From contig OX597816.1 of the NCBI GenBank assembly GCA_951406725.2, forward strand, positions 115,940,001-116,004,000: a stretch of 64,000 nucleotides of DNA. The letters are read 5' to 3'. A program made the translations under genes and the position numbers. This DNA comes from Octopus vulgaris. Its lineage: Eukaryota. The first letter of the stretch is position 1. Each line of letters opens with the position of its first letter. The notes under the pieces are model-generated. The model saw only the letters and a list, made by a program, of their open reading frames with translations. It was not told the DNA's origin and did not search any database. Positions 11,220 to 25,006 of this stretch are shown here, piece after piece.

Positions 11220-12245
11220 AGTAATACATAAAAGAGTAAAAGATCAGTTCGTTACGGCCGTTTCTGCCGAGAGGCCACGATATACTCCATGCTGTCTCCA
11301 TCTCTTCAGTGTTCTGTAGGGATGGGTAGATAAAGTTTGGATGTTGAGTGTGTTTCAAGGCTTCTTCAGAGTGTCTAAATGGTTAGGAGAGCCAATACAT
11401 ACAAGAATCAGTTACCAATAGGTATAGTATGTTTTTTCTTATTGAAGAGGGCATTTTATGTAGGTATTCGATATTAGTTTCATACATTTTTGTTTTTTGC
11501 GAGGAAGAACCATGCGCGTGCTTGGGACTTCTGAATGTTGCTACAAACGTGTAATTCCTTAAAAGTTATTGAATAAATTTTACAGTTCAAACTTTATAGT
11601 AAACTGGAATCTTTAGAATCGATTTCTTTGTTGTCAGGGGAGAGTAAACCTGACATCTGAACCTAAAATTGATTTACTTGTCATTATCTCTATCAATTGC
11701 TTGTTTGTTTGTTTGTTGGTGTATGAGTGAGTGTGTGTGTATGTGTATATATATGTGCGTATGTGTGTGTGTATGTGTACACATGCATTTATACGTATGT
11801 TTCCCATAAGTGGGGGTGCAAGAACTTATATATATATATATATATACACATATATAAGCTTATGTATTCCAAAGAAGGGAAGCTGTTTAAGTTTATCCCA
11901 GGATAGTTTTTGAAATAAATGGCATTGTGCAGGGTTTTAGAAGTAAAATAATGTCGTAGTTGGAGTTCTTACTATGTGTTATGTCCTGTACAGAACAGTG
12001 ATATAATCCACAGTTGCCGTCACATCTTGGTGTTTTAATGTCTTCACTTACTCGTTTGCTAATTAGATGTTTGGTAGCTATAACATGTTCTCGAATTGCA
12101 AAATCACCGGCTTCCAAATGTGGCATTATGTAACGGTCTCAAATTAAAGAGCAGCTAAATTTCAGGCTCACATAATCATCTTCAAGGTTACGAGAAACAT
12201 ACTCCTGCATTACTTTCTTGTGTTAAGCATTGTATTTCTTTCCTG
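11220..12245 (-). mobile_element. Highly decayed element, possibly a Penelope-like 3' relic, interrupted by microsatellites
   Basis: Only weak peptide hints (KHLISKR, CDGNCG, RMVLPRKKQ) plus the hammerhead-like remnant at its end. Confidence 0.3.
11247..11312 (-). ncRNA. Hammerhead-like remnant
   Basis: Minus: CTGAAGA (11309-11303) ... GAAA, perfect palindrome ACGGCCGT (11254-11261), GUA; about 30 nt from a TA run. Stems I and II are not cleanly paired. Confidence 0.4.
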
Positions 12246-12467
12246 CTATGCATTATATGTAACTCCTATGCATTGTGTGTACATGTAAGTACACACATAT
12301 ATACATATATGTATATGTATATATATATATTTATATATATATATGAATATATATACATGAATATAAACACACACATATCTATACGCATGCATATATATAT
12401 ACACATAGAGTGACAGATAGATCATACACATATGCATAAATACATATAAAAATGCACATATATTTTG

Positions 12468-12536
<69 letters not shown>

Positions 12537-13617
12537 CATTATTATTATTATTATCATTATTATTATTAAATATATGCCTGCTTACATGCATATGCAACTT
12601 TATGAGAGCGCGTGTGTGAGCTGGTGCTTGCATGCATGCACATTTGAGATGCATGTTGTTAATATGTATGTAATATGTGTGTATATATGTATGGGCAATT
12701 TAAAAGAATTTGAGAAAGAAAACGTTTCAGTAATGTTCCCCAGTTTCCCTACGACTGTCCTTCAGTTATTTTGAAAAGTCTAAGTTGGATAATTAGGGTC
12801 AATGTACATGTTTGGCTTCGTGTATTTGAATCAACAGCTCGAGGCATTTTAAATATGTATTTCTTTAACTTGGATCTTCAATTTTTCATTGCCACCATCA
12901 TTCTTTCATTTGTTTCATTTATATTTACTGAATTGTATTCTGAATTTCTGTTTTTTTAAAATTTATTTATATAATTTTTTTTTGCTATTCCTTCCTTTAT
13001 CTGAAAGTACTTCACAATATGAATTTTATCTTCTGAATATATGTATATGAGTGTGTGCCTATGTGTATACCTTTGTGAATATATGTAGATGAGTTTGTAC
13101 GTATTTATTTATGTGTGTGTCTTTTCAGTAAGTCAATCCAACGTTATTTTCGAATATTTTTCTATGCTAAGAAATTATTTTCTAAGACGAAAAAATGGGA
13201 CAAAACAAATGGTGTTATTTATAGGACCATCATGGACTGTACCTATGCAAACACTAAAGAAAAAATTATCTAATTAGAAAGTAGACAAAAATTAACATGA
13301 TTATCAAGAACTCAGATCATAGTTCACTCATTAACATCATCTGGTCAGTAAATTTCAATTATTAAATGTTTAATTGTTAAAGTAAAGTTTAATTATTAAA
13401 GATGAATTTGTTACATGATTTCTATGTCGTTTCTGTCGAAACCTTGGTTTTAAATTACCACTGTGTAGAGAGAAATCGTCAACAGAAGTGTTGTCTTGTG
13501 TAATTCGGAATGAAATTGAAATTATTAATTATGCAGTACAAGCTGTATTAGAATTTCTTAGGTAAAATTAAATCTTGCCTTGGTTTACTGTAAGGAAACT
13601 ACACAGTCATAGATACT

Positions 13618-13805
13618 CTTTTCTACTCTCGACAGAAGGCCCGAAATTTGTGGGGAGGGGACCAGTCGATTAGTACTGGTACTTAATTTATCGATCCCGA
13701 AAGGCAAAGTCGACCTCGGCGGAATTTGAACTCAGAACATAAACTCAGACAAAATACGCTAAGCATTTCGCCCGATATGCTAACATTTCTGCCAGCTCGC
13801 CGCCT
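13618..13805 (-). mobile_element. SINE family B with about 18-bp TSD
   Basis: Full head GGCGGCGAGCTGGCAGAA; flanks TACACAGTCATAGATACT (13600-13617) and TACATGGTCATAGATACT (13806-13823). Confidence 0.93.
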
Positions 13806-13861
13806 TACATGGTCATAGATACTGCAACATTTATTTATCGGCTTTTTTCAACATGTATAAC

Positions 13862-14085
13862 CGAATGGCCAAGTGGCTAAGTTGAAGCACTTATGATCGT
13901 AAGATTGTTGTTTCGATATCTGGACCGGGGTGAGTTGTGTTCTTGAATAAAACACTTCACTTCACGTTGCTCTAATTCACTCAACCGTAAAAGGAGTTAT
14001 CTTGGGACGAACTAACATGCCGTTTAAAGGAAATGTCATCTCAGTCACTTATACGCTATGGAAATAGAGTAACTCTCCCTATGAA
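13862..14085 (+). mobile_element. SINE family C, diverged
   Basis: TGGCCAAGTGG A-box, TTTCGATATC B-box-like, TTGTGTTCTTGAATAAAACACTT...CACGTTGCTC domain. Confidence 0.8.
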
Positions 14086-15641
14086 TCTTAAAACTTCCAC
14101 TTTTCTTCCTAACTTCTAAGCACAAGATCCCATATTTTTTGGTAATGTTTATGTACGACTGAAATATTTGAATATACTATTTTATTGACTTCAAGTTAAA
14201 GCTGCCCCAGTTCACGTTTAAAAAGATTGTGAACTAAGCACAAGATTAAACACCATGACAAATGTAGACTAGAATCAATTTTCTCTACTATAATACTAGC
14301 TTCTGTACTAAAAGTCTATGACAAAATAATTTGTTTTATCTGTTTCCGTTATTTAACAGTTTCAAGTTAAAATAGTGTTCACTTTCTATTCTATCATTCT
14401 GTTGTTAATAAAATAAATACTGTAAAAATCATTTCAACTCGCCTACTTCGCAAATGTATTTTGTTATAAAAGTAACACAATTCATTAGATCGATTCCGTT
14501 TTCTTATTAATGGTTATTTAATTACACACTAGAAATATGGAAATAATTTCCGTATTCATTTTCTAGAAAATAAGAGAAATTTGAACTCAGAAACATGAAA
14601 CTATAAAGTCGTTATTACAATGTATATATGCCGGAATTCTAGCATTTCTACCAATTAACTTGCACTTGTAATCGACATAATGATAATCGTTTACCACCCT
14701 CGTAACTATTTTTGTAACCTTTTAGTTCTCGAAATTGAAAATAATATAATAAAAGGCAATTCAAAGCTTGCATGAATGTGTATTGATGTTTTTTCTCCTA
14801 AGATTTAAATTCTGACTCAGAAATGACAAAGCTGAACTATCACTCGATTCATTCTATTCACAATAAGATGACTGAGTTCATGAAGTATGAGTAGACGGAT
14901 ATTATTATGAGATTCTTTTTATATGGAAAAGATTTAGAATGATTTACAAGTTATGTTTATTTTTAATCAGATTTTGTTTAAATTCTTCATCGCACCATGA
15001 ACTCCAATCAAGTTACTGTTCTCTCTATTATTTTCATATAAAATATACGGCTATTAATGGTGCACTACGATTACACGTTACTTCATATCACCGCTGCTTA
15101 CATCATCCATCCATTTGCCCCCTTTATTATTTGTGTATTTTATCCGTTGATTTATTAATTTATATGTTACCCTTTCAAATAGGAATTCATACATCTAGTG
15201 AAACTTCTAAAAAAGAAACATTCATACACGTTGAATAGTCTGTTAATTTTACCTGGAAAATGAGACCGCCTATATGGCTAAGCGCTATCACATATGATGA
15301 CTATCTTATAAATACTAAATAATTCATAAAGAATGCCAAAAGACTCTTCCAACGTAACGGACAAAACAGCTCAAAATGATACTTGAAAGAAAGGGGCTTT
15401 ATTACTGATCTTTTTAAATATTTAAAATAAAACTATAATATAAACAAAATTTCGTTGAGTCGTCAAGAAATACATCAACAAGCTATATCTCAACACCAAC
15501 TGTACGCAATAGCCTCATCCTCCAAAACGTCAACACGTACCATGCTGGGGTGTAGTAGAATTTCATATTTAGTAGAAATATTTCATAACTCTCGAATGTT
15601 TAACTACACTAACTATAGCAATCTCAGATCTTTTCGTTAAA

Positions 15642-15668
15642 CCGAAGAGAGCAAACACGAAACCGGTT
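15642..15668 (+). ncRNA. Degenerate minimal hammerhead-like motif
   Basis: CCGAAGA-GAG(CAAA)CAC-GAAA-CCGG-TT; stem III palindrome ACCGGT; stem I not evident. Confidence 0.35.
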
Positions 15669-15675
15669 CAGTATA

Positions 15676-15865
15676 TTCCTTTGTTTTCTTACAAATTTTA
15701 GTTATTAGACTGTGACCATGTTGGAGCAACGCTTTCAAGGGTTTAGTCGAACTTTTGGATACACGTATGCATTTCAATTTGGCACTTAAATCAAGGAGAT
15801 ATATTTGTCGAACCGTCTTATGACGAGACGCACTGAAACACAGTACAAAAACGAGTTTTAAACAG
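15676..15865 (-). mobile_element. SINE family A, old 3' half
   Basis: GACTGTGACCATGTTGGAGCAACGCTTTCAAGGGTTTAGTCGAAC matches the reverse complement of the family A tail. Confidence 0.65.
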
Positions 15866-16320
15866 GTGTAAACGTATACACGAACAGAGATATAAACATG
15901 TACATAAACACAAGCATAAACACATATACATATGCACAACCATATATATAACCACTTATACACATACACACAAACATAAACACATATACACCTACACACA
16001 CAAACATACAAACATATATATGTGAATATAGACAAGCATGAACACATACGCTTGCATACACAGAAGCGTACCCATATTATTTTTCAATCATTGCTTTGAA
16101 GTATACTTCACTGGTATTATAGTATTGAATTTCTAACTTTGAGTATCCTAATACAACATGCAGACATAGACACGTGCGTATATTTCTCTATGATTTTGTC
16201 AGCTATTCTCACTGGTGATGCACTTTATATTGTTTTTGAGATCAGACAGATCTAAAAATAAGGCAAATTCCATGTGTGCAGACATAGCATCTACAGGGTT
16301 ATTTTAATGTTCTACTACAT

Positions 16321-16321
<1 letters not shown>

Positions 16322-16410
<89 letters not shown>

Positions 16411-16443
16411 GTCTGTCTATCTATCTATCTGTCTCTCTTTCTA

Positions 16444-16500
<57 letters not shown>
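16322..16500. repeat. Compound (TATC)n-(CT)n-(TA)n microsatellite
   Basis: Direct inspection. Confidence 0.95.
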
Positions 16501-16510
<10 letters not shown>

Positions 16511-16616
16511 ATATGTATATAATGTATGTATATATACATATATATACATACATATTATGTATGTATGTATGTATGTGTGTGTGAGTATACTCATCTTTCA
16601 CTCTCTATATCTCTCT

Positions 16617-16692
<76 letters not shown>

Positions 16693-17142
16693 TTGCTCAC
16701 ACATGACCACCGGCTATCTCTCTCTTTCTTCTTCTTGCTTTACAATAGACGAGACACACTTTTGCCTGTCTCCTGTCAAGCTCGTTTCTTCAGCGTTCAC
16801 CACTTCACTGTGTGATGGCTTAACAGCCCTTACCGTTTGTTTTTACTGTTTCTTCCGCAAAACACAAATTTTATTTAATTAGCTTTGCGGGAACGACTGT
16901 CGCGTCTTGTCCCAACGTTTGAAATGCAGTATAGATAAAACAGGGGACAACTGATGAAAGGATTGTTCTTTATGTTGCCTGTCTTCTTCTCTATTTGTTT
17001 CTTTTGTTGTTCAAAAACAGAAGTTCGTTTTCCATGTTTTTGTTTTTATGTTCTCGTTTTTCATTTTATTCCCACTTTTTGACGTCCTGTACCCATAAAT
17101 GCATGTATATATACATATATATGTAGGTATGTACATATAGGC

Positions 17143-17188
<46 letters not shown>

Positions 17189-17197
17189 CTTTGTATA

Positions 17198-17559
17198 TTC
17201 TTTCATTCTTTTACTTGATTCAATCTGTGGCCATGATGGAGCACTGCCTTGAGGGGTTATAGGCGAGCAAATCGACCCCAGGACATATTTTTAAGCCTAC
17301 GTTACGGGAAAATAAGCACACCAACACCGGTTGTCAAGCGGTGATGGTGGGAATAGATACAGACAAAAAAACAGACACACACTCATACATATGCACGACG
17401 GACTTCTTTCAGTATCCACCTGCCGAATCCACTTACTAGGCTTTAGCTGGCCTCGGGCTATAGTAAAAGACACTTGCTCAAGGTGCCATACTGTGGGATT
17501 GAACCTGGAACCATGTGGTTGGGAAGCAAGCTTCTTGCAACATAGCTACCCCTGCACCT
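17198..17559 (-). mobile_element. SINE family A, older copy
   Basis: Colinear with 62280-62695, with a short internal deletion. Confidence 0.88.
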
Positions 17560-17570
17560 ATATATATATG

Positions 17571-17617
<47 letters not shown>

Positions 17618-17644
17618 ACATACATACACATATGCGTCTGTGTG

Positions 17645-17680
<36 letters not shown>

Positions 17681-18079
17681 GGGAAAGAGAGACTGTGACA
17701 GATAGGTATATATACATACACACACACATATTTAATTAGATAATAGTTCTTAAGGCCGAAACAATATCAACTGAGATTTTAAAATGGTGGAAACAATAAT
17801 ATTTGAAATTTTACCTTGTATTTGTTCGATATTTCTGAATTACGACTCCTTCTTTAGGATACATGTGGAATGGAATAAGGATCATCTCATTGCTGAGATA
17901 TGTGGAAGAGGATAGTGACATGCGCAGACTGATCTTGTCTTAACAACCAGTCTTTTTCGTGTAATTGTTGTCCGTTGTTTACTGTTGGTTCCAGTGTATG
18001 AAATAACGTAGACTTGTTGGTTCGATGGTTGCCTGTGTTACGTTTCGTAGCCTTAATGGATACAAATTGATAATGATAG

Positions 18080-19165
18080 AAGTATGGCATTATCAGCAAT
18101 ATCAGTCATGTACGCAAGGTATTGCATAGAGCAATCCTAAATAGATTTAAACCTTAAGCAGGATGCATCATAACGGGCTTTCGTAAGAACAGATTCATTA
18201 CTGGAAATCCGTACGCTCTGTGAGAAATAACTAAAGCACACTATCTGTGTCTCATAGACTTGAAAAAGCATTTTATAGAGTACAGTATGGTGTTCTATAG
18301 GCTAAAATCAAAAACTGTAAAATGGAGAAAAAGCTGTCATATCCAACGGCTTTATACCAAAACAGCCAGAACCCCAACAGTTAGAGTTCTCCCTACCATC
18401 TTCGGCATCTTAGACCGAAACATGACTGATTGATGCTCTTCAATTCAATATAGGCACACTCAGTATGGAAGGTTGGAAAACAACAAATTTTAGATTGTTG
18501 ATGACATTGATGGACTAGCTGGAAGCGAAAATGAATTAACTGAAATATTTCAAACACTTTAATAGAGCTTCCAGCAATTACGGGATGGAAATCAATGCTA
18601 AAAGATCTAAACTTATGACAAATGCCTACAGTACAATCTCAACAGTCATCTCAGTACCAGGGAAGAAATTAGAGAGACTAAATCAGTTCATACAGCTGGG
18701 AGCAATTATTTATGATATAGAATCAAGGTCTAAAATCTACGCAATGACTGCAGGAACCAGACTGAAGCTACTATGAATAACAAAACAGGACGCATGATTG
18801 CACTGATACTTCTCACCTTCCTGCAGGCATTCAGGACGTGGACACTCACGGCAGCAATGTACATGAAGAGATAGACATTGAAAATGAGTTGCAATACATG
18901 GTCTTATGCAATCCATATTTGAACGAAATCACGAACCGAACAGCGGTGAAGTAAAGAAACCTGAGAGGATATAGCCTTGTAACAAGTTCCAGTGGTCTTG
19001 TAGAGACCGTTCTTCTAGGTAAGAAAGAAAGATGATGAACAGAGGAAAATATGGGTAGATCACATCAAGGTGTGAACTGAGAAATTTCACAACTGAATCG
19101 GTTTAAGACAGCTGGAGAAGGATTTATAACAACGGTGTTCCTATGACTCCATTCGTAGTTGTGGC
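18080..19165 (+). pseudogene. RTE-clade LINE reverse transcriptase relic (3' part)
   Basis: Broken frames give ISHVRKVLHRAILNRFKP, GFRKNR, IDLKK, DDIDGLAGSENEL, YGMEINAKRSKLMTN, FIQLGAII; many stops and deletions. Confidence 0.85.
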
Positions 19166-19224
19166 CACAAGACGATACATGTATACAACTGTTTTTCTAT
19201 CTATCTAAATACATGTGTGTGTGC

Positions 19225-19285
<61 letters not shown>

Positions 19286-19509
19286 TGTATGTATGTATGT
19301 ATGTATGTATGTATGTATGTATAAAAATATATATACAGTTGGTAATTCTTTAGCCGAAATGTTATGTGATTAAAACTGATTCGGATTTCATAATTAATAT
19401 GAATTTACCTCTATAAGATACAGTACCTCACACTTGGAAGCTACGTCCATATAAATACGTTAACCATCTACATTTCCATAATAACGTTAAGAATACAAGG
19501 AAGTAGTTG

Positions 19510-19625
19510 TACGAGGGTGAGTCAGAAAGTAATGCAATTTATATTTGCATCATTTTTTACTTACCTTTGGACGTAACTTTGGTGCACGTTCAATTTCGCA
19601 TGACGTGAGTCAGTTTCACCGTAGG
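19510..19625. mobile_element. Mariner-like terminal fragment (single TIR)
   Basis: TA|CGAGGGTGAGTCAGAAAGTAATGC resembles mariner TIR ends; no partner TIR found. Confidence 0.45.
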
Positions 19626-21837
19626 GACCTTTTCTTTTTTGCCAAAATATATTGGCTTGTATACTTTTACTTTGGTTTGCAAACTCCATAAAACAGCTCT
19701 TGTCACTTTCTCGTTTGGCACTTTCGCTTTATATGTATCTTCATTATCAACTCTTTTTACATCATCTTTGTGAACAAATGATCAAATATGATTAGATTAA
19801 TTTCCTTATAATTCCTCCGTTTATAATTTTAACATCGATAAATTTCAATTAAATAGTGATATAACTTTATAAAGATTATACGATCATAAATAGTAAAATA
19901 TGAAAAGTATTGTAATGAAACATTTTTAGTTGTCTGATATAGGCCCACAGATGTCGAAAAGGATACTTGCTTAATTCGCTTAATCAGTGAGAATTTACAG
20001 CCAATGATCTACGAACAAATAGTAAATACCAGGTGACCTGCCATCCCCATTTATTTTATAAAACATCCATAAAATCAAGGAAATTAAGAAATACGTGAGA
20101 TAACGCTGATCTTGGAAACTTTCGTTTTCTTTTTTAAAATAATATTACCCTAGCGTTAAGAATTCCAATAGACAATGGTGTTATAGCATTTAAAAAGTTA
20201 AAGAAATTAAGAATATGCAGGGCTAGAAAAATGTTCAGCTAATACTCGCCCAGCACCAGAGTAATATGTGCAATTTGCAGCATATCAAACTACTTTCACA
20301 TTATAGAAAATCAAATTTATGTGAAACTAACTTTTATGAAGGTGAACGTGGTATGTTATATTTCAGGATCATCAAAATAAGTCGCAAGCATTTATAAAAT
20401 AGAAGGAAGATCAAAGTGTTAAATATGGTTCTCTCTGTTTGGTATTTTTTTTAAAAGCCAAGGAAATGAAGTCTTACTTTACAGTGCAAAGTTCAATTCT
20501 TCTACTGCACGCTGGTTTTGTTAAGGACCTTGTATCTTCTTCGCGTATGATGAGATCTTTCATAGCTTTGCAAATATAGATATTATCTATCAGATATTTT
20601 CCTCGCACACCTAATATGTACTAAAGTGTTGAATTTGTAATGAAACGTATTGAAGTCATGTGATAACCAAATTAGTCGGAGTTTGCAGGTATACACTATT
20701 CATTTTGTTTCCTTTAACCTGACCAACAAGTTTTTCAACATGATGAGATCGCTCTAATAATTCAATTTCTGCTATCAATCAGATTTTATGAATCAGCTAT
20801 CAAGATTATAATGCTCTAAATATTAAAAGTCGTTTCATCAAAACAAAGTTCATTGACTTATACTGATTGTAATGAAACAGAAATAAACAAAACTCATTTT
20901 AAATAACTCAGTAGGTTAAATATTTCAGAAATGGTATTTAAAATATTGCCCTCATTAAAAAACGATCTTCATTCATTTAATCTTCCCTGCTACCAGAAAT
21001 GTATTTTTCCGAAATACTTTTCAGTAATATGTTTAAGATCACTAACCTTTTACACCCAGCAAAACCTATGATAATCCTGTTAATGAAGAAATATTCATCA
21101 AACCCCTTCCCATCAAAAGTCTAATTATGCGCTTTAAAGAACTAAGATTATTGAACAGTATTCTACACAAAATCGTCTTCCTCTCGGTGCATATTGAATG
21201 TGAAAATCTATTAATTTAATGGCATTTCTCCAGTATTTTAAACCAGTTAAGACTTATTTCCATAGAAATCAATAAAGATGTATTAAAAAGAAACATCAGT
21301 TTTTCTAATTACCAAACTTCTTTGCTCTTTGACCGTGGAATATATCAATCAGGGAACGCTTCTGTCAGTGTCTTAGCTTTTAGATTATATTTGCATAATG
21401 GATAAAATTTCATATCCACCAAAAGTTTTCTCATTCTTAAGATATTCATATATTTATCTATTCCTTTAATTTTTTTCCTAATTTCTTCAAGAAAATAAAG
21501 AAATGGCTGTTATTTGTTGAAATACCGCATATGTTTGATTAGTTATTTTGTGTTTATATTATAGTGGCATAAGTTGAGTAGATCTATAAAGACAGATTTT
21601 TTTCAGTCAGAGAAAGAAGAGCAGCGTAATGATAATGGCATTATTTCGTGGTAGCGCACCCTTGGAGGAAAAGGTAACACCACTCCTGTTGTGCTTAAGT
21701 AGGAAGAAAGCATAAATATATCAAGCAAATCTTTAGATTATTCTGAATGTCTGAAAGTTAGTGAAATCAGCTTGTGTTAAATAAAGATATTAATTGTATT
21801 CCTGAAGTAGTTTTCTTTTCTTAAATAGCTAAGCACA

Positions 21838-21912
21838 TACAAGGGGGTGCTGAAAAGAATATACAAGAGGATCAATTAATTATGATTTTATTCAACGTAT
21901 TGCCCTCTCAGA
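21838..21912. mobile_element. Mariner-like terminal fragment
   Basis: TA|CAAGGGGGTGCTGAAAAG...TTTTATTCAACGTATTGCCCTCTCAGA; one end only. Confidence 0.4.
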
Positions 21913-22210
21913 AGGGAATAATATCACACAATGCTTCACCCAAATTATTCTATGTTTATATGTGTATGTGTGCGTGTGTGCGTGTGTGCGTGTGTGCGTG
22001 TGTATGTGTGTTTGTATATACGAGATACATGACAAATATATGCATGAGGAGTGTATGTGAGTTTATGTGTGTATGTATATATGTGTGTGTCTGTGCTCGT
22101 GCTTTCGACGAACATTTTGTATGTAAACACAGATCACCGGACATGTATAGTCCATTCTTCGGACAACTATATAGCCACATACACACACATGTATACACAT
22201 GCATACACAG

Positions 22211-22250
<40 letters not shown>

Positions 22251-22684
22251 CATAAATATTATTTCATATGATATATATATATACATATACAGACGAGGGC
22301 CACGGACACGTATAATGCAATCAACAACCATGTGAATTTTGGGTTGGTGCTTTACATAAAGGTATACTGTTTGTAACATTTTAACTTTAAACATGACATT
22401 AAACTCTTAAAGTTTTAATGAAAACCAAATCCTAAAAGAGATTAAAAAAAGAAAAGAAAAAACACAGAAACTATGATTCAGAAGAAGACATTTCCATATC
22501 CCTGTAAAAGATATCGACTCCTCAGCGTTCATTCCTACACTGCAATGGTATCATTTTGCCAATTATTTCTGCACTGGTTTCATTGCCAGTTTATATCAAA
22601 CAAGTTTATTAATTTGTTACTCAAACTCAAGGAAGATGCCAAAGAAGAAATTTTTATCATTATTTTTAATTTATGTATTTCTTT

Positions 22685-23095
<411 letters not shown>

Positions 23096-23319
23096 TACTT
23101 TAAAAAATGTGTTTTCTTTAGTTAATTTTATTTTTCGTTCTTCTTTTAAAAATTTGTTTCTTATTGTTTCAAAATTTTTGTTTAGCGATGATGAAGAAAT
23201 ATCCAGTTTGACTATGACTGACACATCAGTGACTTCTGATACTCATGATATTGATAATTGCTCTGATCTTGGTCGTGATCATTATCGTATTTCTGATTAT
23301 TACCGTCGTCATTGTCGTC

Positions 23320-23695
23320 GGCATCATCACCATCAGCAGCAGCAGGCCTAACATCATCATCATCATCATCATTAACATCATCATCATCATCATCATCGTT
23401 AACGTTGGTGTTGGCGGAGGTGATGTTGGTGTTGGTGTTGTTGGTGCCAGTTTTATTGGTGATGAGGATGATGTTGTTGATGAGATGATGGTGAGGAGGA
23501 GGAAGAAGAAGAAGAAGAAGAAGAAGAAGGGAAGACAAAAGAAGAAAAATAGGGCAGGAGGAGGAGGAGGAGGAGGAGGAGGAGGTGATGGTGGTGGTGG
23601 TAGTGGTGGTGGTGGTGGTGAGGTGGTGGTGGTGGTGGTGGTGGTGGTGGTGGTGGTGGTGGTGGTGGTGGAGGTGGTGGTGGTGGTGGTGAAGG
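23320..23695. repeat. Compound trinucleotide array (CAT, GGT/GTT, GAT, GAA, GGA, GGT)
   Basis: Successive triplet runs; source of the poly-H/T/S/P/G ORFs. Confidence 0.93.
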
Positions 23696-23991
23696 AAAAC
23701 AAGAAGGAGGCTTATAACAATGGTGAAGATGACTAGGACGACTGCGGTAGTGATAAGTAACAACATGACAATGATACTAGATGATCTATAAAAATGTCGT
23801 CTTGTTCATCTATGACTGTAAAAGTAATGACCAAATTTGATTTCGGTGTGGGAACAGAATGTGATTCTAGAATAATTACAGTTGTATTATCAATTACGTA
23901 AGTTTTACCTATCTTTTTATCTATCTATCTACTTATGCGTGTCTGTGTGCGTGTGTGTCTGTGTATGTATGTATATGTACATATATGTATG

Positions 23992-24023
<32 letters not shown>

Positions 24024-24701
24024 GAGTTAGCCATTATGGTCGACTTTTAGAGCTTGATGTGGATTGCGTAGTCATTATTGGTGCTGGTATGTTGCTATTG
24101 TATGCCAGTCATGGGTGTGCAGTCCTATGTCATATACAGATGATCAGCTATTATTGTTTATGCTGAGGTATCCCATGACCCAGGAGACACGTGACGAAAA
24201 GCTTTCCAACAGTTGCCGTCCTGCTTTTTTGTATATCAGGGATCAAATCGACTTGACAAAATAACTTGTAAATTCTTTTAGGGTTACTTCACAGATATCA
24301 CTAAACTCACGAGGTGCAGGGAGGAAGAGTCTCTCTTTCATTCAATAGATATAAGATTCTAATCGAAGGAACTCAATAAAACATTTAAAGAAAGAAAAAT
24401 ATTATAACAGCATATATATATCAATGTGGTTTGCTGCATTGCCTCGTTAACGACACAAAAGATCCGTGGTCATAAAGGAGACTGCGATACCAGTAGATAT
24501 GCCTGATTAGTTTCTCAAGACTTCGTCAAGGATTCTGTTAGGCTCCAGGTAAACTCTTGATTTATTTTACTCACCCTCTTTTTCTCTTTCTCTCTCCCTC
24601 TCTCCCTCTCTCTTTCTCTCTCCCTCCCTCCATCTCTCCCTCTCTCTCCCTCTCTCTCCCTCTCTCTCCCTCTCTCTCCCTCCCCTCTCTCTCTATCTCT
24701 T

Positions 24702-24736
<35 letters not shown>

Positions 24737-25006
24737 TTAAGAGTGCTTCTGCGTATATTTTCATCACATACATGATCCTTCTGCTCCGCCTCTCTGCCCG
24801 TTTCTCTCTTTCTCTCATCTCCTCTCTCTCTCTCTCCCGCAAGCATGCTCTTTTTCTCTCAACTCGAGCACTGGATATTTCAAATGTTGTGCATATAAAC
24901 GTGTGCAACATTTAAGGTACCTGGAATCCTGTTAGCTGCTGAGTAACATCAGGTCATTGGAGCTAAAACGTACAATTATTTACGAAAATTACCTATACGT
25001 AAGCAT

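Noticed and set aside
11345-11376. CTGAAGAAGCCTTGAAAC (minus)
   Set aside because: Stem II too short to fold and no stem I or III pairing.
16805-16985. CTGATGA at about 16951 and GGAACGACTGTC at about 16890 in a TA-flanked block
   Set aside because: No GAAA after CTGATGA and no coherent stems; may be a Penelope-type end but unsupported.
21607-21673. Possible 67-nt exon (TTTTTTTCAG ... AAG|GTAACA)
   Set aside because: Such site pairs are common by chance; no recognisable peptide or partner exons.
24025-24262. GC-richer block, possibly a retroposon fragment
   Set aside because: No second copy in the window and no diagnostic motif I can name.
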